64,000 nucleotides of DNA, from contig CAYHBR010000001.1 of assembly GCA_964354985.1 (NCBI GenBank), positions 18,407-82,406 on the forward strand, read 5' to 3'. Made by a program: the position numbers and the translations under genes. The stretch is from an uncultured Candidatus Saccharibacteria bacterium. Lineage in GTDB: Bacteria; Patescibacteriota; Minisyncoccia; Phycocordibacterales; UBA9973. The notes beneath the pieces were generated by a model. The model did not search any database and was not told where the DNA came from. It was given only the letters and a program-made list of their open reading frames with translations. Shown here piece after piece: positions 58,473 to 64,000 of this stretch; the first letter of the stretch is position 1, and each line of letters starts with the position of its first letter.

Positions 58473-59504
58473 ATGAAATACCTATTTTACACAACTTCAC
58501 AGACCGCCTGGGCGGGACTACTAAAGTCTATTGAAAAGGCTGAAAAATCGATATACCTAGAAATGTATATTTTTATAGATGACACACCGGAAGCCAACTA
58601 CCTTATTGATGTTTTTTCAAATAAAGCCAGGCAGGGGGTTTCCGTCAAGATAATACTGGACGCATTTGGAAGTTACTCACTTTCTAGAAAAGCAGTTGAA
58701 TCCATGAGAGAAGCCGGCGTTGAAGTAATATTTTTCAAAAAGATTTTTAGACGACTCCATAGAAAATTTGTTGTAATCGATGAAAAAGTAGGATTCCTCG
58801 GTGGAGTGAATGTCCATAAAACTGCACGACTTTGGAATGACTTATTGGTCAGACTCGAAGGAGCAATACTGCGATCACTGATAACCTCATTTCGTAGAAC
58901 ATACATCTCTTGTGGTGGGAAAGACACCTATTTGCATTCATACAAAGCCAAAGCAATTTTTGGACGAACGAGGACATGGATACTTGAGCACTTACCCGCA
59001 ATTCGTAATTTTCGTCTGCGTGATACTTATATTGAAACAATAGAAAAAGCCGAACATCATGTTACTTTTGTTACGCCATATTTTTTGCCACACAAATGGT
59101 TTATAAAACTCTTAAAGGAAACATTGCGACGTGGAGTAACTATTGAAGTTATCGTCCCACTTGAAACTGATATTCTTTTTCTAACAACTGCCAACAAATA
59201 CTATATGAATCTTCTGTCTAGATATGGCGTTATTTTCTATCAGACAAATCAAATGACACACGCAAAAGTATTTATGATAGATGACAAATTGACCCTTCTT
59301 GGATCAAACAACATTGACGCCTTGTCTTTTGATTACAACGCGGAAATCGGAGTTTTTTTTGAGAACGAAAAAATGATAGCGGGCTTAAGAAAAATAATTG
59401 AAAAGTGGAAAGCTAATTCTGTAATATTTACGGAACTCAAACGGATTTCCTTTCCCGCAAAGATCTTCTCATTATTTGTGAGACTTTTTCAACCGTATTT
59501 GTAG
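58473..59504 (+). CDS. Phospholipase D-family protein (cardiolipin synthase-like) with two HKD motifs
   Basis: HRKFVVIDEKVGFLGGVN and HAKVFMIDDKLTLLGSNN. Confidence 0.8.
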   Translation: MKYLFYTTSQTAWAGLLKSIEKAEKSIYLEMYIFIDDTPEANYLIDVFSNKARQGVSVKIILDAFGSYSLSRKAVESMREAGVEVIFFKKIFRRLHRKFVVIDEKVGFLGGVNVHKTARLWNDLLVRLEGAILRSLITSFRRTYISCGGKDTYLHSYKAKAIFGRTRTWILEHLPAIRNFRLRDTYIETIEKAEHHVTFVTPYFLPHKWFIKLLKETLRRGVTIEVIVPLETDILFLTTANKYYMNLLSRYGVIFYQTNQMTHAKVFMIDDKLTLLGSNNIDALSFDYNAEIGVFFENEKMIAGLRKIIEKWKANSVIFTELKRISFPAKIFSLFVRLFQPYL

Positions 59505-59513
59505 TAGTTCCTG

Positions 59514-59554
59514 CGTAAAAAAATCCTGCAGTTTCCTGCAGGATTTTTTTACGC
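59514..59554. terminator. 19-bp perfect inverted repeat, a candidate bidirectional terminator
   Basis: GCGTAAAAAAATCCTGCAG-tttc-CTGCAGGATTTTTTTACGC. Confidence 0.65.
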
Positions 59555-59722
59555 AACCTCGTCACCTTCTTCTTCCTCATCTACCATCTGAACTCCAGCA
59601 TCATCCATCATCTCTTCGTCGTCCATATCTGCCATATCATCAGGACTATCAGTGAGAGGCATATCAGCTGCTTCCATCTCTAAAGACTTCTTCTCTTCTT
59701 CGTCCACAATATCATTGCTCAT
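59549..59722 (-). CDS. Small highly acidic protein (57 aa), absent from the ORF track because it is under 60 aa
   Basis: MSNDIVDEEEKKSLEMEAADMPLTDSPDDMADMDDEEMMDDAGVQMVDEEEEGDEVA, lying between a terminator and the ABC exporter gene. Confidence 0.35.
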   Translation of the reverse strand: MSNDIVDEEEKKSLEMEAADMPLTDSPDDMADMDDEEMMDDAGVQMVDEEEEGDEVA

Positions 59723-59794
59723 AATAAATATATTTTTATCTAGTAATTTCTCAGCCCTGATTGTAACGGAAGTGAAAATAAATGCAACCTAAAA

Positions 59795-61546
59795 TTATTT
59801 TCCGTGCATCAACATATCCATTGCGTGATCTATAGAACCTGCCGGAACAACCTTTGTCCCGTTTACAAAAAATATTTCATCTGCCTTTTCGATAGTATGC
59901 AATCGGTGTGCTATCACAACTCTGGTTGTTTCTTTTGGTAATTTTTCAAGAATACTTTGGAGTAGGGCTTCTGAAATAGTATCAATGTTCGCTGTGGCTT
60001 CATCTAAAATCAAGATATCTGGCTTCCTTAAAACAGCCCTGATAAATGCAATCAGCTGTTTTTGTCCCAAGCTTATAGACTCAGCACCAGTTGAAACTAC
60101 TGTGTCGAGTCCATTATCAAATCTGTTTATTAAATCAGCAAGACCAGCCGATAAAATCAATTTTGAAATTTGTTCGTTAGTATAACCGGAATAATCAGAA
60201 TTACCATAAAGAATATTTTCACCAACTGTCCCTGCAAATAAAAATGGTTCTTGTAAAATAAAACCAATTCTTTTTGTTCGCTCTACACTGGAATAAGAAC
60301 GAAGATCTTTGCCGTGAAGCAAAACAGTACCTTTTGTCGGATCAAAAAGGCGGGCCATAAGTGATGCGGTAGTGGTCTTTCCACCTCCGGTTGGGCCAAC
60401 AAGGGCGTAAGTTTTGCCTTTTTCCAAAACAAAATGGGCATTCCGCAAAACTTCTGTTCCCTCGGGATAAACGAAATCAACGTGATGAAATTCGAGCAAT
60501 GAATCAGAGTTTGTTGGTTTCTCGTCAGTTTCTATCAATTCCAAATCAGAGTCGAGAGCGAGAATATCCGATATTCTGTCCCAGCCTGCCATCGCAACTT
60601 GGAAGTTTGCCCAAACAACCGCAATCTGACGGAGAGGCGTATAGAAATTTGTTGTATATGATAAAAAACTTACTAGCAATCCTAGTGTAAAATTTCCAGT
60701 AGAAATAAAGTAAACCCCGAAAGCCAAGACCAAGACCTGCGCAATATTTGACGCCAAGCCGTAAACAGGAGGGAAAATATTATTTGCAATACCCGCTTTT
60801 ACGGCAGTTTTATAACTTCTCTCATTTGCGTCGCTAAAGCGAGTTCTAAAATAATCTCTTCTATTAAAAGCTACTACGACTTTAAAATTTTCAATACTCT
60901 CCTGAATTTCCGAGCTAAGCCCACCGATACTTTTTAGATTGTTTGCATTGGTTTTTTTTACCCAAGGTGAAACAATGCTTGTAAAAATAAATATGAGCAA
61001 TGCGGGAAAGAGAGCAATAATTCCCAATTCCCAATTTATAAATATCAGAAAAATACCTGCACCTGTCATTATAAAAACGCTTCCGATGAACTGAACGAGA
61101 GATTGCGACAAAAAATTATTTAATTTATCAGTATCATTATTTATCCTCGAAATAAGGTCACCGGCTTTATTTTGATTAAAAAAAGAAATAGGGAGCGATT
61201 GCAATTTATTAAAAATCGAATTGCGCATATTGAACAATGCGTGTTGTCCGACAGTGCCCATCAATTTTGTTTGATAGTAACTCGAAACCAGTCCGCCTAG
61301 ATAAACCACTAAAAGAATTCCGGAAAAAACAATAACGCCGTGAAATTGTTTTGTAATAATATAATTATCAATTGTAAAACCAATAATAATCGGAGCAATG
61401 AGCGTCAATGCTGAATTTATTATTATGGCAATCATTGCGAGTGACAATCGCTTTTTTTCAGTCAGTAAAAGTGGCGCCAGTGCCCGAAAGGTACCTATAA
61501 TACCTACCTTTTTTTGTATTTTTTCTCTATTAAGATTGTATTTCAT
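59795..61546 (-). CDS. ABC exporter, fused permease plus ATPase (MsbA/MdlB-like); likely start MKYNLNREK
   Basis: Six TM helices, then Walker A (GPTGGGKTT), the ABC signature (LSLGQKQLIAFIRAV) and Walker B (ILILDEATANID). Confidence 0.85.
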   Translation of the reverse strand: MKYNLNREKIQKKVGIIGTFRALAPLLLTEKKRLSLAMIAIIINSALTLIAPIIIGFTIDNYIITKQFHGVIVFSGILLVVYLGGLVSSYYQTKLMGTVGQHALFNMRNSIFNKLQSLPISFFNQNKAGDLISRINNDTDKLNNFLSQSLVQFIGSVFIMTGAGIFLIFINWELGIIALFPALLIFIFTSIVSPWVKKTNANNLKSIGGLSSEIQESIENFKVVVAFNRRDYFRTRFSDANERSYKTAVKAGIANNIFPPVYGLASNIAQVLVLAFGVYFISTGNFTLGLLVSFLSYTTNFYTPLRQIAVVWANFQVAMAGWDRISDILALDSDLELIETDEKPTNSDSLLEFHHVDFVYPEGTEVLRNAHFVLEKGKTYALVGPTGGGKTTTASLMARLFDPTKGTVLLHGKDLRSYSSVERTKRIGFILQEPFLFAGTVGENILYGNSDYSGYTNEQISKLILSAGLADLINRFDNGLDTVVSTGAESISLGQKQLIAFIRAVLRKPDILILDEATANIDTISEALLQSILEKLPKETTRVVIAHRLHTIEKADEIFFVNGTKVVPAGSIDHAMDMLMHGK

Positions 61547-63320
61547 AAGTATTTGTAGACTTTTGTGAATTAAAAATCTGAACATATTCTGGTGAAGTTT
61601 CAAGTAATTCTGCGTGTTTACCCTGAGCCAAGAGCTCGCCTTCCATGAGGACAATAATGCTGTCATATTCTTCTATTGAAGATATTTTTTGGGTTACAGA
61701 AATCAGTGAAATATTAGGATAATTTTTTGCAATATTATTTAAAATATTTAATTCTGTTTTTACGTCAACTCGAGCAGTAAAATCATCGAGTAAAAGAATA
61801 CTCGGATTCGTGGCAAGCGCCCTCGCCAACATAATTCTCTGTTTCTGCCCACCAGAGAGACTTGTACCGCGCTCTGATACTACCGTCTCAAGTCCATTTG
61901 GGAGTGAGCTTATAAAATCTGTGAGCTCGGCTGTTTCTATCGCCAAAGAAAGCGACTTGTCTGTAACTTTTGTATTAAATGCAATATTCTCTCGGATACT
62001 CATATTGAAAATACCACTGTCTTGGAAAACTAAACCGACCTGATTGTGAAAACTTTCAGAATCATATTTATTTATTTCTAAACTATCGAACAAGACCAGT
62101 CCTTCGGTGGGGTAAATAAGTCCAGTTAAAACATAAAGTAACTGAGTCTTTCCGGCAGCAGTTGGGCCAATGATCGCAGTTCTCGTCCCTGCTTTGAGAG
62201 AAAAACTAACATCCTTTAGAGAATAATTATCGCCATAAGTCATTGTGATATTTTTAAACTCAATATCGCCTTTTATTTCATCTTTTATAAAACCCGGCTC
62301 TTCAACTTCTTTCGAGTCCAAAACTTCACAAATGCGGGAATACGACGCACTGGCTTGAGCAATTAAATTACTCATAAAACCGATTATAATTATTGGGAAA
62401 ATCAAAAGTGCGATGTATGCATAAAAAGCGGTAAAGTCTCCGATAGTCATATTGCCATTTATCACATAATGCCCACCGACTGAAACAACAGCCAAAGTGG
62501 CAAGGCCGGAAACAAAAGTAATTATTGGGATAAGCGATGCGAATAATGACAAAATACCGAGGCCAACATTTTTGGCTTCAGTATTTACTTTTAGAAATTT
62601 TTGATATTCTGACTGTTGTGCATTTACAACTCGAACGATTGCTGCCCCTAAAATACTTTCATTGATGACTTTGTTGAGCCAATCAACTATTTCCCTAATT
62701 TTCAAAAACAAAACTTTTATTTTTGAAAAAATAATTCCAAAAGTTACGCCAATAATTGGGATTATTGTAAGGACAATGAGTGCCAACCTCCAGTTTATAG
62801 AAATGAGCAGTGCACTTGCTCCAAAAATTATCACAACAGAAGAAACTAAAGTAACTATAGCTTGAGAGACAAATAATTTTATAGAATCAATATCAGAAGT
62901 GAGTGTTGTTAGAATTTTAGATGGTTGTATTTTTTGGATGAAAGCAAAACTTTGTCTAGAAATTTTATCAGAAAGTTTTGTCCTGAGATCTTTTGCAACG
63001 CGCTCTGAGGCATATGTCTGAACGAGGCTTTGTAAATAAAGAAAAATAAAAATTGAAATTATCACAACAGCGAACTGTATAATAGTCATGTTGATATTTA
63101 AAGTTTCATTTATGTATGCATCTATGCTTTTGGCAATCATTTTCGGCACAAGCAAATTTAAAATATTTGTCAGAAGTGCAAAACCACACAGAAGTGAAAT
63201 TATTTTTTTATACGGGGAAAGAACCGCAAAAACGCTCGGTTTTTTTTCTTCTTTTTGTGTGTTGTTGTATTTTTGTTTATCGTTTTTTTTCATAAAAAAA
63301 ATGGTGCGGAGGCAAAACAT
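61530..63320 (-). CDS. ABC exporter, fused permease plus ATPase; the heterodimer partner of the downstream gene
   Basis: TM domain, then GPTAAGKTQ, LSGGQKQRIMLARAL and LLLDDFTARVD. Confidence 0.85.
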   Translation of the reverse strand: MFCLRTIFFMKKNDKQKYNNTQKEEKKPSVFAVLSPYKKIISLLCGFALLTNILNLLVPKMIAKSIDAYINETLNINMTIIQFAVVIISIFIFLYLQSLVQTYASERVAKDLRTKLSDKISRQSFAFIQKIQPSKILTTLTSDIDSIKLFVSQAIVTLVSSVVIIFGASALLISINWRLALIVLTIIPIIGVTFGIIFSKIKVLFLKIREIVDWLNKVINESILGAAIVRVVNAQQSEYQKFLKVNTEAKNVGLGILSLFASLIPIITFVSGLATLAVVSVGGHYVINGNMTIGDFTAFYAYIALLIFPIIIIGFMSNLIAQASASYSRICEVLDSKEVEEPGFIKDEIKGDIEFKNITMTYGDNYSLKDVSFSLKAGTRTAIIGPTAAGKTQLLYVLTGLIYPTEGLVLFDSLEINKYDSESFHNQVGLVFQDSGIFNMSIRENIAFNTKVTDKSLSLAIETAELTDFISSLPNGLETVVSERGTSLSGGQKQRIMLARALATNPSILLLDDFTARVDVKTELNILNNIAKNYPNISLISVTQKISSIEEYDSIIVLMEGELLAQGKHAELLETSPEYVQIFNSQKSTNTYEIQS

Positions 63321-63381
63321 GGTCGCTTCGCTCCCTGTTTATGCACTCTCGCGTTTTATAGTCGCTTCGCTCCTTAAAACG

Positions 63382-63467
63382 CGGAGGATGTGAGATTCGA
63401 ACTCACGGTCCCATTACAGGACGACGGTTTAGTAAACCGTTGGTTTAAACCACTCACCCAATCCTCC
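63382..63467 (-). tRNA. Type II tRNA (long variable arm), Ser-like, with an apparent anticodon ACU
   Basis: GGAGGAT-TG-GGT-..-ACC-A-ACGGT-TTACTAA-ACCGT-CGTCCtgtaatGGGACCG-GTGAG-TTCGAAT-CTCAC-ATCCTCC-G. The GCU anticodon expected for tRNA-Ser reads ACU here. Confidence 0.6.
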
Positions 63468-63657
63468 AATAACTATTAATCTCAAACTGCGATGGCGGTG
63501 GCGATGTCCGGAAGTTTGAACCGAAAAGGTGGCTCAAATTCGATGATATTGATAAAAGTATACGCGAATTAAGGGCTATGTTCAAGGTTCATCCAGAATG
63601 GTTTGAAACACCTCACCCAGAGTCCAATAGGGGTAAAAATGAGGTGGATTATAATAT

Positions 63658-64000
63658 TTAAAGCAAGCTCTCTACAACCTTCTTTAATTCTATAATTTTA
63701 TCTTCACTAATATTGCCGTTCTTATAATTCCACATAACATTTAAAGGCTTTAAATCTCTACGGCTTGCTTTGCTTATCCCAAGATAATTCTCAATATCAA
63801 CATCAAAACTATAAATTTTTTTTGTAAAATCATTCTTTTTATTTTCAATAAAGCCGTTTATTAAATCATGCACACCTTGATTTTGATCTTTATCGTAAAT
63901 AACGGAGTGGTAAATACCAAGCTCTCCAAACAAATTCATATATCTATGAATATTATATTTTCCCATAGCATCAAGAAAATATAAATGTTTGGTTTTCAAA
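63658..64000 (-). CDS. hypothetical protein, probably truncated by the window edge
   Basis: The ORF reaches the last window base and has no recognisable motif. Confidence 0.3.
   Translation of the reverse strand, partial: LKTKHLYFLDAMGKYNIHRYMNLFGELGIYHSVIYDKDQNQGVHDLINGFIENKKNDFTKKIYSFDVDIENYLGISKASRRDLKPLNVMWNYKNGNISEDKIIELKKVVESLL

Noticed and set aside
1-64000. CRISPR arrays, rRNA genes, transposases or insertion sequences
   Set aside because: None were seen. There are no regularly spaced short direct repeats, no rRNA-like conserved stretches, and no transposase-like ORFs.

Overview
This is an AT-rich bacterial chromosomal segment. Its gene content fits a Candidate Phyla Radiation (Patescibacteria)-like genome, but that placement is an inference. 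Most of the window is a mainly minus-strand housekeeping core: rpoD (partial)-dnaG, rpoC-rpoB, the trmD/KH/rpsP cluster, rnr, two CapA-like genes, smc, rnc, a nusB-NUDIX fusion, rpmF, thrS, gyrB, pheS-pheT, a UvrD-like helicase-nuclease, a DsbA/DsbB pair, TspO, RadC, a PLD-like enzyme and two ABC exporter genes. RNA genes are five tRNAs and a tmRNA. Three features stand out. (1) Two paralogous diversity-generating retroelement (DGR) cassettes, at about 20.5-23.0 kb and 46.5-50.3 kb. Each has a reverse transcriptase with the DGR-type GNLTSQ motif, an Avd-like four-helix-bundle ORF on the opposite strand, and a template repeat (TR). Each also has a target gene whose C-terminal variable region (VR) differs from the TR almost only at TR adenines. 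The ORF-track ORFs 21646..22068 and 47745..48149 are these template repeats, not genes. (2) A 9.6-kb gene for a 3195-aa Gly/Thr/Ser-rich surface protein with long exact internal DNA repeats and a downstream membrane-protein gene; the two tRNA-Thr genes lie 58 bp beyond the partner and 89 bp upstream of the giant gene. (3) Long G/C homopolymer tracts in this AT-rich background. They sit just upstream of both DGR RT start codons and of the giant gene, and one lies inside the signal-peptide region of a secreted-protein gene. All calls come from reading the sequence and recalling protein-family signatures. No searches were run, and boundaries of RNA genes and repeats are accurate to a few nucleotides.
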